Shown here in pieces: positions 12,401-25,585 of a stretch of 64,000 bases of DNA. Position 1 is the first letter of the stretch. Each line of letters opens with the position of its first letter. Position numbers and translations under genes: made by a program. Origin of the DNA: Paraphysomonas bandaiensis (taxonomy: Eukaryota > Protista > Chrysophyceae); the NCBI GenBank assembly GCA_965644295.1, contig CBFFRP010000217.1:186001-250000 (forward strand), read 5' to 3'. Under the pieces are notes generated by a model, which saw only the letters and a list, made by a program, of their open reading frames with translations, made no database searches and was not told the DNA's origin.

Positions 12401-15400
12401 ATTGAAATTCCCTGCATCAAAGGGTTCATACCTGTAGAGAATAGGGTAGATCTCGGAGAAGCATATCTTCTTTCTTAAGTATCAAGCCAGAGTCACTTGT
12501 CAGAAACTTCATCGATTTATCAACCTGAAGCAAATCTCTTACGGTCACATCATGACTATATATGTCGACTATACCCTTTTAATTAGCATGCGAGGCACTT
12601 TTCTTGATTTCAGTATAGTGTGAAACACTTCGGATGCATTGGTTACAGCTGTTCTTTCTTCGTCTTCGCTTGTCATAAGAGCAATAATTTCACCAATGAT
12701 CATGGCACTGACGGCGATTCCGAAAAACATTGCCAGAAACATATATGTTGTCTCGGATTGATTCATGGGATATGTGTCACCCACCGTATACAACACAGTA
12801 GTCGGAATCGCCCAGTTAATCGCCCGCATATATCGATTTAACTGTGTCCCTCCATTTTGAGGAAGACGACCTCTATATATTTGAAATTGGACCCACGTGT
12901 CCTTGTACTCACATGCGGTACCGTACATCGCATTTGGTTCAGCCTTGCAATTATCGTCTTGCGTCTTTACAAATCAGCAATTAGCATAACACAACGACGC
13001 CATCACAAAGGTACAATACCTCAGTGAAGAGTAAGAGGCCGCATGCCAACCAATGGCACACAAGAACAACTGCAACTATAACCTGGCCACACAAATTGGT
13101 AAGTTTGTCCACTGGAACATAAGTGTGTACCTGAAGAAGTCTCATCACAAGAAATGTCAGCTTCAAATCATCGAGTAAAGCTTCAAATGATCGAAACATC
13201 CAAATTCCTTTTAACAAAAGCAGTAACTTGGGAAGCCGTAAAATACTTAACGCAAAAAATAATTCTCCGTCGTCTAAATTGAAGCCTAGCAACAGCAGGG
13301 CGAATAAGTCATAAGGAAATCTTGCTGAAACATCCAATATGAAAGTGTTCTGCATATATACATGATTCAAATGACTTGGGCGCATCAACTGCCGCCCATT
13401 ATGCACTTTGGGGAAGAATGTCCAATTTAAGTAGCTATCTATTAATAGAATAACATCCAACGAGTAGTCAATTGAAAAATAAAGCACATGAATTCGCTCC
13501 GCTACTCGCAGAGGAATCATCCCCAGGTTGTAGAGTAGTATAAATAAGAGCAACGTATCCCAAGCGTGGCGTGGCAACGAGCCATCCTTAAAATACTTCT
13601 GATATTCCCTGAACTGAAGGCCTTGCAGGTTAGGAAGAGTATCTCTCGAGGATACCGAAGTCTTTTGCTCAAAACTAAATACCGATTTACTATCCGATGC
13701 GTAGCTATCTTTTTTTATTTCTTCGGCTAACGAAAGTTTCTCTATGTTTTTTGAATTCTTTTCTTCTAATATAATCGAAATTGCTTCGACAATGTCTTCA
13801 CCTTCAATTGGAAACGCTTCCAGAACCTACGTTACACGTCAGCAGTAAGTATAATACACTGTATAGCTTGACCATTTCAAAGTGATCCTTATGAAGGACA
13901 TATGTCTCTGTATAATCAACAGCATATGCGCTAGCGGTACGTTTCGCCACCTATATGTAAACAAGCATAGATAAAAATAGATTAGTTTCTATTTTTGGCA
14001 GTACTAACTTTAAGTAAGCAACTCTCTCCAATGTAATTTCCATTTTGTAGAGTAGCATAAACAACACTTCTATCGGCAGAACAAACTACAACATGACCAG
14101 ACTCAATGATAAACATCTCCTTTCCATATTCCCCATGCACTATAATATCATCTCCATCTAAAAATAGGCGATGTGACAAGTATTTCAATATTCTATGAGT
14201 CATTGGGGCTGTTATATTTGCAAAGAACGGGACTGCATTGATGAGTTTCCCAATCACACAGTTTCTGACCGCGTCACGAAGTGGCTGCGAGAGTCCATTC
14301 ATTAGCTCCGCCTCGTCAACACCTTTAGACCGCGCCCACGAGTAGTGAAAGAAGTATAAAATTCTTTCTTCCAGATCTGGGCTGAGACCACGATATCGTA
14401 TTAGCTCCTGTACATCAGAAAGCTTTGAGTGAAAGTTCTTCTTTTCGGTATTCATATTTCCCATCAGAGAAGCTATGCTTCCGATCAGTCCATTCATCGT
14501 TTGGCACCCAATAACGTGTATGACACAGCATACAGCCATTTCAACAATATTAGTGCTTATCATATCCCCTGCTCCTGCTGTTGTTAGGCTATTTATGGCC
14601 CTGGCGATAACGGTTACCAGTAACGTAGTCAAACAAAATAACGTACCAGTACATAGATCGTCGATAAGGAGCAACTCCGAATAGGCGCGGATATTCAACA
14701 CTTAGCACATCAGAGTGCTTATCTTGTAGTTTCCAGTTGCTCCTATACCCAAACAAGTTTGTACTAATATCCGCAGTCAATTGCCATATACATCCCATCC
14801 AATGACACAACTACAATCAAAACTTAGCCAGACATCGACACCGCCAGTATTAGAAATACCTGAAACAGAGCAAAGTACAGCTTTCCCATTCGCTTTACTT
14901 CAAATGAGAAATCAAAATACTTTGTACTGGCTAGTATTCTTTCGAATTTCTCAGTGTATTCTGACAACCGCAAAAGTAGAACAACCTTTGTCATTCTCAA
15001 AATAGAAATATATCGAGAATCTAAGTAGACAGCGAAGATATCGATGGGCAAGATTGGCAGCACCTGCCAATAAATATTTTTGCTTTCGCAAAAAAAATTG
15101 AAAATATCGACGGCTCGAGTGTAGGTGGATCTATCTCGAACATAGAAAAACATAAGACTCCGAAATACTAAGTCCACTGCAAAAATGAAATCCACAGCAA
15201 AGCATAGAGATAATACTTGCTTGTACCGTTCGAAAAATGGAGAATCGAACGTGTTTGCCAGCAAATAGGGAATTGTGATTGTGTGATATATGAGACACAT
15301 AAATACAACCATTTCCCACATGCGTCGAAAGTTTGACCCTGGTTTCATGGCAGTTGCCCACCTCGTCTTAACTTCTACATGCAAACCACGCTGGATTGTC

Positions 15401-17361
15401 GATGGGGTCGTTTCAGATGCACTATCATCTACAGGAGTTTCTTCGAAAATTATTCCCACCCTTCTCAAACGAGAAATTGCAGCAGAATTAACATCAGGTG
15501 GAGCAAACTGTCTATAATCCATATCTGTCATATACAACCTACATATCCGTTGAAACGAAGCTCGACTCAGAAACAGCATCTCTGTAACACAGTTCCCTAC
15601 GAGTAATGCAGATGAGTACTTAAACTTTTGCACCAGGGCATGGGCACTAAAGCTCTCCCCTCTACGCAAGGCTTTCACAATTTCCACTCCCTCATTACCC
15701 GAGACATCCGTGTGAACGTAAGCCTCTCCCCTAACGAGAGAAAGAGTTAAAATTCAAGTATATATAGACAGATATATAAAACCTAGACAAAATATGCATG
15801 CCTTTGGCAACACTTCCCGGACTGACTATGACATCATGCGAGGAATACAGTACATTTCGAGTTTCTGCTGCAAGAGCATTGAGAATCGCTAATCGTAAAT
15901 TTCGCATGAAATGCACATTCTTAAGGAAATCTCTTACTGTCGCCTGCCGTACTCGGGCCTGAATATTAGGAGGAAGCTCTGCCAAAACCTGGAGTGTGCG
16001 CTTAGAGGAGTAAAACATAATGATATCGCCATACTTGTTCTTCATCAAGGCCATTCAACACTTTGTACTGATGATCGTAGTACAACTTTATCCTATCCAC
16101 GAGGTCTCTAGGAAGTGATCTAAACTGACTATATTTTTCTAACCTCCTGAGTTGTTCTCGATATTTGATATGGGCGGAATCAAAAGCAGTCACAAGCAGT
16201 ATTATATTTCCAATAGCATATTGTGCCATGATGTGAGAAAAAAACATGAATAAAATGCTGAACGTGGTATCCTGGTTGGATACAGGGACCACATCTCCAT
16301 ACCCCACGGTTTGCTGATACAGTACCCCTTAGTTTACACTATAAAAGCATAAAAAACTTACCGCAGTACTAACTGCATAGTACAGAGAGCGTATATATCT
16401 ATACATCAGCGATCGAATAAATATGAAGTTTTGATCAGACTCGTTAAACTCAACCATGGGTACCCTGGAGGCATCTGACAACCAGGTATCGACTACAGGA
16501 TCTGCTCGACTCATTGATATTACAGCAACCTTGTACATAAGGCATGCGCCGACATGAGCGTATACAATCATCGACATGGTTACGTATAAAGCTCGTTTTG
16601 TAGATGGACCGGTGATTAAATGCTTCGTAGCAAGTAAATCTACGAATTCCTTTGTGTACGTCACCACAAAGCAGCTTCGAAGAAATTTTAGTATCCGTAA
16701 GAGATAATATTTTTCATAGCCAATCCAATAGGAGATGACATCATAAGGAATTACCATGATTGTCTCCAATACGATTAATAAACTAAACTTTCTTGGTATC
16801 ACATGACCCCGACTGTACCTATTTTTATTGTATTGACATTGATCATCTTTGAGTTTCACATTCCTATTGAATGCTTCAAGCATTTCGTTGTAAAGCGAGA
16901 AAGCGTCCTGGGAATTCGACATCTGAATATCACCAGAAGAATCAGCTGCGGTATATAACACACCAACATTTTTCTGTGGAGCAACTGCTACTTTGTTATA
17001 TGCCCATACGCTCTCAAGATATAGTGTAATATCGATGATGAAGAAGAGGTCAGCTGTATAGTCGAAACACAGTGCGAGCCAATTAGATGGAATGAATTTA
17101 ACGTGCCAGTTAAACGCCACTCTGAAAGATATGGAAAACAAATAATATAAAGCGGCGATTAGTCTGATGGTTATCCAGTAGGCTTGTCCTCTAACACCCC
17201 GCACACCCGCCCCATCTATACGCGTCATATATACACACATATACTTATGATACAGGCGAGAATAGGCTCTACTTGGAAGCCACTTTCGAGTCGTTCATAT
17301 CAACTTCTATTCGTTCAGTGGAATGGGGTAGTATGGACAGCTCACATGCATCGTCCCTCAT
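9415..17361 (-). CDS. Four-repeat (putative 24-TM) cyclic-nucleotide-binding-domain ion channel with C-terminal EF-hand pair
   Basis: Four successive 6TM-pore-C-linker-CNBD units. Pores: QTVGYGD (~16300), TTAGAGD (~14570), LYTVGD (~12785), TSVGYGD (~10975, across an intron). CNBD motifs GESFSAH, GNYIGESCLL, FFGETGL..RRTASA, FGEFCLL. EF-hands DTNRSGSIDRKE and DKDGSGDVDIDE. Start codon (17361) and last exon are approximate. Confidence 0.85.
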
Positions 17362-17987
17362 ACTGCTGTGTGTCCTGCATGTATGAGTGTATCCCTGCAC
17401 AAGAACATATGTTGACAAGAACACCAGCCGTTCAATCATTTAGATTTAAGAGCATATGATTGGTCAAGCAGTAACTTACTGGAATCTCAACAACTGGAAT
17501 TGATATGACAGTAAAACCCCGATATTTTATATCACAAAAATCTAAAACCGGGATTTATAGAATTTAAACTGTTTTGAAATCAGAAAACATGGGTTTTGAT
17601 GTCTCCACTGGGTTGCTTCTCCTTTCCGCTGGAGCAGTCAGATCAAAAGGAAGATCTGGCCAGTTGATGCATATCAAGCTCTAAGATTCATCTTGCAAGA
17701 GAAACATTGCGGAACAATCGACAACGCACTCTGAAATAGCAGGGGCATATATTATTCTGCATATATCAGGATTTGCGGTGTCTCAGTGAACACCGTATCG
17801 TTCCGGTGGTAATTATAGTCAGAACACGGTAAGTATTACACAGTTATGCATATGCTTCGACTGAATATATGGAAATGGTTGCTTGAGCTGTATCGGTAAA
17901 TACTAAATTTTGATCAACGGTGACACCAGAAGTCAGTTTCAACGAATACCCGTTCCAGATTGATATATAATTAATAAATTAGCCTAT

Positions 17988-20281
17988 TCAAGCCTCTACA
18001 CTATCTGCATTTGCCAATTTAAGCAAATAGTTCGTAAGCAGTTTCACGCCGTAACCAGTAGGTTTATGTTCCCCATCATTCCACACAGGCCCCGCCATAT
18101 CAATGTGCGCCCACTTGTTAGTTGTTACGAATTCCTTCAAGAATAAAGCTGCGGTGATAGATCCTGCTCCGCCGGCACCTACATTCTTGATATCAGCAAT
18201 CTTAGACTTTATATTCTTTTTGTAACTGGCACGCAACGGAAGGGGCCAGAGGTTGTCTCCTGATACCTGTGCATAACGGTTACCATCACTATGCGTATCA
18301 AAGTGTCGTTACCTCCCCAGCATGTTCAAGGGCCTGTCTCATTTCAATATCGTTACAATAGAGAGCAGATACCTCTTGGCCCAGAGCCACTACACATGCC
18401 CCGGTCAATGTAGCCAAATCGACAATAGCATCCGGTTTAAGTGAATCTGCAAAAACAAGAGCGTCTGCAAGCGTCAAGCGTCCCTCTGCATCAGTATTAA
18501 TAATTTCAATCATTTTCCCATTTGAAGCACGGACAATGTCTCCCGGTCTCATCGCCTCCGCGGAAATCATGTTTTCGCAAACCGCAGATATGAAGTGCAC
18601 TTCAAGGTTCTGAGAGACAACAATTACATAAGAGAAAAGTGGATATCAAAGTACTTACCTCCGGTTCAAGCTCGGCAATTGCCCGAGCACAACCTATCAC
18701 AGCCCCAAGGCCACCCATATCGACTTTCATCATCTCTATTGTGGCTGCAGCTCCAACCTATCAGTATGGTTCGTGAACAATGTACACAAAAGACCTACTG
18801 TATAACGCATACAACACTATGGTACAATATTTCACCTTCAAATTGTATCCACCGCTGTCAAACGTGAGACCTTTACCAACCAGCGCCACTCTAGTAACTT
18901 TTGCGTCTTTCTTCTGGTTAGGACAGCGGTAGACCATGTGCACAAACTGAGGAGGGAACATCGATCCCTGCTGTACAGCAAGAAACCCTCCCATTCCTTT
19001 AGCTTCGCATTCCTCCTACCAACATATATTACAGCATACCTATATAAAATACGGTGCCGTGCGCACAACAATTCAAATTTCTATAAGTTATCCTATCCGT
19101 ACTTATTATATTACATGTACAGAATGCGATAGAAAAATGGGGACATGTGAGATACCTGTCCTAGTACTGTGCATGACAGAGAGGGGAACTCATCAGCCAG
19201 TTGTCGAGCTAGTTTTGATATTTCGAGAGGAGTCTTGCTATTAGCGGGAGCACCTACAGAAGAAAGAAAATTAATACAGCGAGATTACAATACCAGCCAT
19301 TCAAAATAACATTGCTAAAATATACGCAACAGCTATTATACCAACGAGATCTCTAGCAAAAGTGACTCCATTAGCTATCGACATTGCCGTCTTGGCTTTA
19401 GCCTGAAGCTCATCTTTCACAGAAGACTGTACTCCTACTACTGATATTGTTGCAAGTCCACTGTCATCATCAGTGTTGTCCGGAGTAGGTTTCTTGAATC
19501 TCTTATCGTTGTAGGCACCTTCAAGGGCATTGGAAAAAACCTGTGGTACACCTAAGCCACAATTGTTTCAACAAACACTTCTTACCCTGGTCGTACTTTC
19601 TGTTGTAACTGTGGGCGGCAATATGACACCGACGTGACGGGATTTTGTTTGTTTGGCCAGCTGAGGGATACATTTTCCAAACACGGACTCAATGTCAAGC
19701 TCTTGATCACAACATCCAACCAAAGCAACATGTTTGTATCCTGAGGGTGACGCAGCGGGAAGTCGTACAATATACTTCTCATCTTCCGAAGCAGTGAAAG
19801 TTTTCTGGTATTGTTGTTAATCAAAATAATAGCATCTGACTTCAATATCCGAACCTCATTCAGAATGTCTACAACCACTTGACGCAACTCGCTTTCCAAC
19901 GATGAAGGAATTGAGTCGATAAGAGATGATTTGGCACCCTCGACTTTGTCTCCAGGCTATACAGTGAAGAGTTAGAAGGGAACAGTGCTTCACGTACATA
20001 GCCACTGCACCTTTGAAAAAGGAATAATCAGCAAGTCGGCTCCCTTGGCATGCGTTTCATGCACATCTATGCTAATTACTCTCTGATATACTTTACTATT
20101 AAGTATAAAATAAAAATAACGTAACCACACACCTGTCCGGAGCTCTGATAGGGAGCAAGAGAGGAATACACACCTGCATGACACACAGATAAACGACTAT
20201 GAAGGCAATGGAAATATTATTACTTGAAAAGTGTCGTCGGAGAAGGCGAGATCTCTGCAGTGACAACCGCAAGGACAACAT
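17988..20281 (-). CDS. LAP: M17 leucyl aminopeptidase with probable mitochondrial presequence
   Basis: Motifs [55 protein letters not shown]. Arg/Ser/Leu-rich N-terminus [20 protein letters not shown]. Multi-exon. Confidence 0.95.
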
Positions 20282-20388
20282 TATTCGGTTCGATATTAAA
20301 GCTTGAGTGCAATTCAGTTGCTAATATGCGTTCCTAGAATGATACATGAGCGACAAGACCACTCCACTGGAATACATGATGTACTGCT

Positions 20389-20868
20389 GTATGTATGTAT
20401 GTATGTATGTATGTATGTATGTATGTATGTATGTATGTATGTATGTATGTATGTATGTATGTATGTATGTATGTATGTATGTATGTATGTATGTATGTAT
20501 GTATGTATGTATGTATGTATGTATGTATGTATGTATGTATGTATGTATGTATGTATGTATGTATGTATGTATGTATGTATGTATGTATGTATGTATGTAT
20601 GTATGTATGTATGTATGTATGTATGTATGTATGTATGTATGTACTGTATGTATGTATGTATGTATGTATGTATGTATGTATGTATGTATGTATGTATGTA
20701 TGTATGTATGTATGTATGTATGTATGTATGTATGTATGTATGTATGTATGTATGTATGTATGTATGTATGTATGTATGTATGTATGTATGTATGTATGTA
20801 TGTATGTATGTATGTATGTATGTATGTATGTATGTATGTATGTATGTATGTATGTACTGTATGTATGT
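20389..20868. repeat. (TATG)n microsatellite, ~480 bp, in the divergent LAP/MFS intergenic region
   Basis: Read directly. Two single-C interruptions (tactg) at ~20644 and ~20857. Confidence 0.98.
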
Positions 20869-21153
20869 TTCGCAATATGTGTGCAAAAACTCCAGTTATC
20901 AGCATCAAAATCCGATTTGAGCTTCAAAACAGCAGTATACTGTGCTGTGTACAGCAGTACAATTGATCTATGAATTATTCGGAGGGAGTTTAGGTGGCAT
21001 ATATTTCGGTGCAATGCCCCTCTAAGCCATTGAACGCACCCTCAATGCAACATACACAAGTATACAATCTACATTCAACACCTTTAAATGACTACATGGT
21101 CCAATAGGGTACCTGTAGTTGTCTCGTGTACCTGCTGTGGCCTTTAGAGTGTC

Positions 21154-23695
21154 ATGGTTGACCCCTTTATAAAGAACGTATGCGCAGTTGCAGTCGGAAA
21201 CATATTAGAATGGTACGACTTTGCCATATTCGGAGCGCTAGCAGATATATTGGGCTACCGTTTCTTCCCGAAGCATTTCAGTAGCACCGCTTTAGTCGCA
21301 TCGTTGAGTTTATTCGGCTCAGCATTCTTCATGAGACCCATAGGGGGGCTATTGATGGGATATGTGGGAGATAATTATGGTAGAAAAAGGGCCTTAGAGT
21401 TCTCAGTTGCTATGATGGTTGTGCCTTCTTTTTTTATGGGCTGCTTACCGACATTTCAACAATGTGGATATTTTGCTACTGTGGTGTTGATTTTATTACG
21501 TCTTATGCAAGGTACGTATGCGTTGTACATATGTCTATTTCTAATTTATAAGTGGTATAGGACTTGCAGTAGGTGGGGAGATGGTGGGGGCATTCGTTTT
21601 TACTATAGAAGCGACAAAGGGAAGAAATAGAGGAGTATGGGGGGCAGTGGTTAAAGCTACTGGCCTATTAGGAACTGCAATAGGTAGTTTCATCGTGTCA
21701 GCCATGTATGATATGTAATTTGCCCATAGGAATGGGGTATGTAGCTTTTCTTAGATATATTCTTACTGAAAGGGAGCTATTGAGGTACGTGAAATCGCCG
21801 CCATGTACAGTTACTCTGAACCCTATAATCTTCATTTATTTAGCTGGGGTTGGCGAATCCCTTTCTTATCTTCATTGTTAATGGGTATAGTGGCATCTTT
21901 TCTTCGCTCCTCTATTCAGGAAACAGATGAGTACACAGCTGATAATGCAGCAATGAGCAAGCAAGAGTTGAAAGATCGTTCCAACACAATGGTGAATGTC
22001 TTCAGAGTCCATTGGGTTGAAATAATTCTGGTGGCTGCTGTAGTTGCTTACTGGTAAATAAAGTTTTTTTTCCGAGTTTCGTTAACTGGGTGGCTGTAGG
22101 TGTGTAGGGTATTATACATGCTTTATATGGATGGGGTACTACATGTCATCTTTGATGGGAGACACTTCTATTAAATACGCATGGGAACTGAATATTATCA
22201 TGACGTTGGTGTTGATTGGTCTAATGCCTCTGGGGGGGTTACTAGGAGATTTTGCATGTGATGTGTTCAGGTCTGTATAATGTATTCAATGCTCCATACC
22301 TATACATGGGGTGTTTGCTACCACTTTGTAGTATTCTATAATGTATACAATTTTGATGATGTGGTGTGTTTACATCGTTAATATTTTGTTTGTAGAGAAA
22401 AGGATAATGGTCACAGGAGGGTTATGCTTCTGGGAGTAGGCATATCAGCTGTGTTCGGTAATATTTTTTGTTTTGTTGCCGCTCTTTCTGATATGTTATG
22501 GCATTACTATAGGTGCTCCAGCGTTTGCACTAATTAACTATAATAAGCTCTGGACGGCTTGTCTTGGACAGGCTATCTTCGCAATCAGCCTCGCAATGTA
22601 TGGTAGTAACCTTCCCGCATTCGTAGTGCAACAGGTATACACACACTTGGAGTACTGTGTTTATTTACTCAGGTTTTGATTCTCTGAATATATCACGTTC
22701 GTAATAGAATGTATAAATATGAGATTATATTTAACGTACATATAGTTTTCTGTTAGATATAGATACTCTGGGGTAGGAGTAGCTTATAATCTCTCAAATG
22801 CGATATTTGCCGGTACTGCCCCACTTGTTCAGACTGCTCTAGTAATGTATGCCGCCAATAGCAAGTCTTCATTAATGGTACGTAAAACGATTTTTTCGGT
22901 CTGTGAGATACGAATAAACCTAATTTTGTCGTCGTCCTGTGTGTGTTCAGGTGTCATCAGTGGGGTCCATGCTACCAGCCACTTATCTTTGTACCATAGC
23001 GTTGGTTTCAACTGGAGTGCTTTTCTGGGCCCCTCCAATTATAAACCAACGGCGAATAGGTACAGTGTTGTATACATTTATATCTGTGATACGCATCTAT
23101 ATATATATACATCACTGATGCTGTTCTCTTCACAGTAACTTGTTAAATATTTGGTGTACTCAGTAATGTAGCTTATTATCTGCTTATATTTTACACCGTT
23201 TCAGAATTAGAGAAAACTATATACCACAATCGCGACTCTAGCTTCTCGCATAGATCGTCAGGTGGTAGCACACGCGGAGCCTCATTGACTCGATCTTCAC
23301 TTTCAATGGATTCTTCTTCGTCATCTGTTGTGTCTAGGGACAGCCTCGACACATCCTCGAGTCCTATGCTACGGACAACTCGAGACGGGGTAGAAATGAG
23401 ACCGACAGTGGATGGAGGAGTAAATATCCGTATCAACGTGCATGTTAGATCAGACAAGGAAGGGCCTGCTGTAACGAAGCGAAGCAAGAGTATATGGGAC
23501 TTTTTATTTCGGCCTCAGTCTACCACGTCAACTAGTAGTGATTCTTCTGCGGAGGGTCTAGGTAAAGGGGGAGGGATCTCAACAAGTAGTGTTGGTGGAA
23601 ACAGCAGCAGTGATAAACTCAAATTGCACTTGTTAAATAGTAGGCTACATGCCAATATGGATGTTGTGTACGGTAGTAGTCATACGTACGTATGA
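21154..23695 (+). CDS. MFS transporter, metabolite:H+ symporter (ProP/proline-betaine-like) family, with Ser-rich C-terminal tail
   Basis: GNILEWYDF, FFMRPIGG..GDNYGRKRAL, LLRLMQG|LAVGGE, WGWRIPFL, RYSGVGVAYNLSNAIFAGTAPLV. About 10 short introns. Confidence 0.92.
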
Positions 23696-24370
23696 ATATT
23701 TTTAAATTGATACTTTATATCGATATAGATTTGGCTTATGTAGTTGACCGTAATGTTGTAAAGCAAATTTCTTGATAACAATTGTAGTATACCCTTTTAC
23801 AGCATACCCTTTTACTACGCACTACGCTGTATACTTGTCTCATTTTGTTCAATAGGAAATGAACTTGCTACTCATATACGTCAAATACCTTTCTTACAGG
23901 TTTGTGTAACAATTAATTTGTGAGAGTGCTGAGTTTTGCTGTTAGTAAAAGCATTTAAAACCTGTGTTTCTCATACTTTGACTGTAGATGATCGTGTCTA
24001 TCTAAGATAAGATAATATTGATTGGTAGCTCAGAGAATATAATTGTAGCGAATATCAATGAATGATGAGACATGTTGATTATAGTTTAATTGATTATAGG
24101 TGAGTTCAAATTCAGATACTTAAGTACTTAGTTATTTCCGCATCCAAAATACCAAATGTTGATATTAGTAACTGTTAATCACGATTTAACATAATACTAT
24201 TATACTAACACGCTACCGGCTTTCAGTCGTTTACACCAGGGTGGAAAAACATTTAATCTTAAAATAGAAATATTCTGTAGCAGAGCACGAACTGATAAAA
24301 CGAACTCATTTCTAAATAATCTAAATCACGGGCAGTGAAACTTACCAAAACATCATTTCATATTTACCAG

Positions 24371-25585
24371 CTACGACGATACACTAAGCTTGTTATTTTT
24401 ATTTCCAAGATTCATACTGTGACAACGCCGAATATGGTCGTATCCATTCATTCTGGCCGGGTGCCCACTGCGGGAGTTACATTGAATGGAATACTTCAAA
24501 GACACTATGTAATGAAACCAAAAGGACGGAATATAAAGAATTTCACCGGCCCGTACAATTGTGTCAACACTATCTACTTTATCAAAATGATTAGCACGGG
24601 CTTCACTCATATCACTCCAGTCTATCACCGAGTGTCTATAGGATGGGTGGCTCGTGTCACTGATGATACCCAAGTGCTGGCATGTATGAGGCGGTGTAAG
24701 AATATACCGTTTCATTCCTCTAATCATTGCTACCATATTTCTACCGGAGTCATAATGGCTCTCAGCAATCACTCCCCGCATACCTAATCTACACTGTATG
24801 CCCTTATTGTCACTTACTCTTGTAATAAAAAAGTTTTCCGTCTTTGTAGAAAACATAGGTAAATCTCTGACTATGAAAGAGTTGAACATATAGCTTGTGG
24901 ACCCAAGTGTATAATAATAATGTACGGAGTTATTCGATAACTTTATTCTGTCTGCTTCCTCAGCTAATTGAACCCACTGACTGAATGGCATGCGGTACAC
25001 CGTTTCCTGTGGGGGAATATAATTTTTAGGCATATCTCGTTTCTGCTTAAAATACATGAAGTGGTTTGATGACGATTTTTCAATCTTTGGAAATTCATAT
25101 CTCAAAGAGCGCTCAAGATATGGCTTAGACCACTTTTTTCTCACATGTTCAATATCTGGTATGCCATATATTTTAAACGGTAATTCTGCATTTCGATATT
25201 TCTCCGCCATAGCCCTCTCACTTGAGTCGCTGTAATTAAAGTGTTGCAGGGTTTCTGTAAATGTACTGGGAATATCTGGATCATCAGGATTCCAAGACTG
25301 CAACACTGATAGCAGGGGAGTGTATTGTGGGTAAGGAGCCGAGCCATACTCCTCTATCGGCGGATACACTGATCTGTCACCGTAGTCAACAGTAAACACG
25401 GACTCCACTGCCTCATCGCTGATATCAAATGAGTTCTCCACATCAGCATCTATATCTATCATCCCTAATATAGATATAATAGAGTGATGGTGATTGTTAG
25501 ATAGAGAGAGAGCCCACAGCAGCAGAGAGATCAGTGAGCTCATCACCAGAGTGTTCTTAAGGATTAGTTTATCGCGAAACTTCAT
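24371..25585 (-). CDS. JmjC/cupin-8 domain protein with N-terminal signal anchor, intronless
   Basis: 404-aa ORF. HxD...H triad in 'SHYDSGRN' and 'GEILYIPSFWFHY'. Hydrophobic N-terminal segment LVMSSLISLLLWALSL. Confidence 0.88.
   Translation of the reverse strand: MKFRDKLILKNTLVMSSLISLLLWALSLSNNHHHSIISILGMIDIDADVENSFDISDEAVESVFTVDYGDRSVYPPIEEYGSAPYPQYTPLLSVLQSWNPDDPDIPSTFTETLQHFNYSDSSERAMAEKYRNAELPFKIYGIPDIEHVRKKWSKPYLERSLRYEFPKIEKSSSNHFMYFKQKRDMPKNYIPPQETVYRMPFSQWVQLAEEADRIKLSNNSVHYYYTLGSTSYMFNSFIVRDLPMFSTKTENFFITRVSDNKGIQCRLGMRGVIAESHYDSGRNMVAMIRGMKRYILTPPHTCQHLGIISDTSHPSYRHSVIDWSDMSEARANHFDKVDSVDTIVRAGEILYIPSFWFHYIVSLKYSIQCNSRSGHPARMNGYDHIRRCHSMNLGNKNNKLSVSS

Noticed and set aside
20389-20868. 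Telomeric repeat or CRISPR-like array
   Set aside because: A simple internal 4-mer with no G-rich telomere motif and no spacers.
20303-21014. Six overlapping ORFs of MYVC/HTYI repeats (also at 30585-30874 and 35216-35593)
   Set aside because: These are translations of the stop-free (TATG)n microsatellite, not genes.
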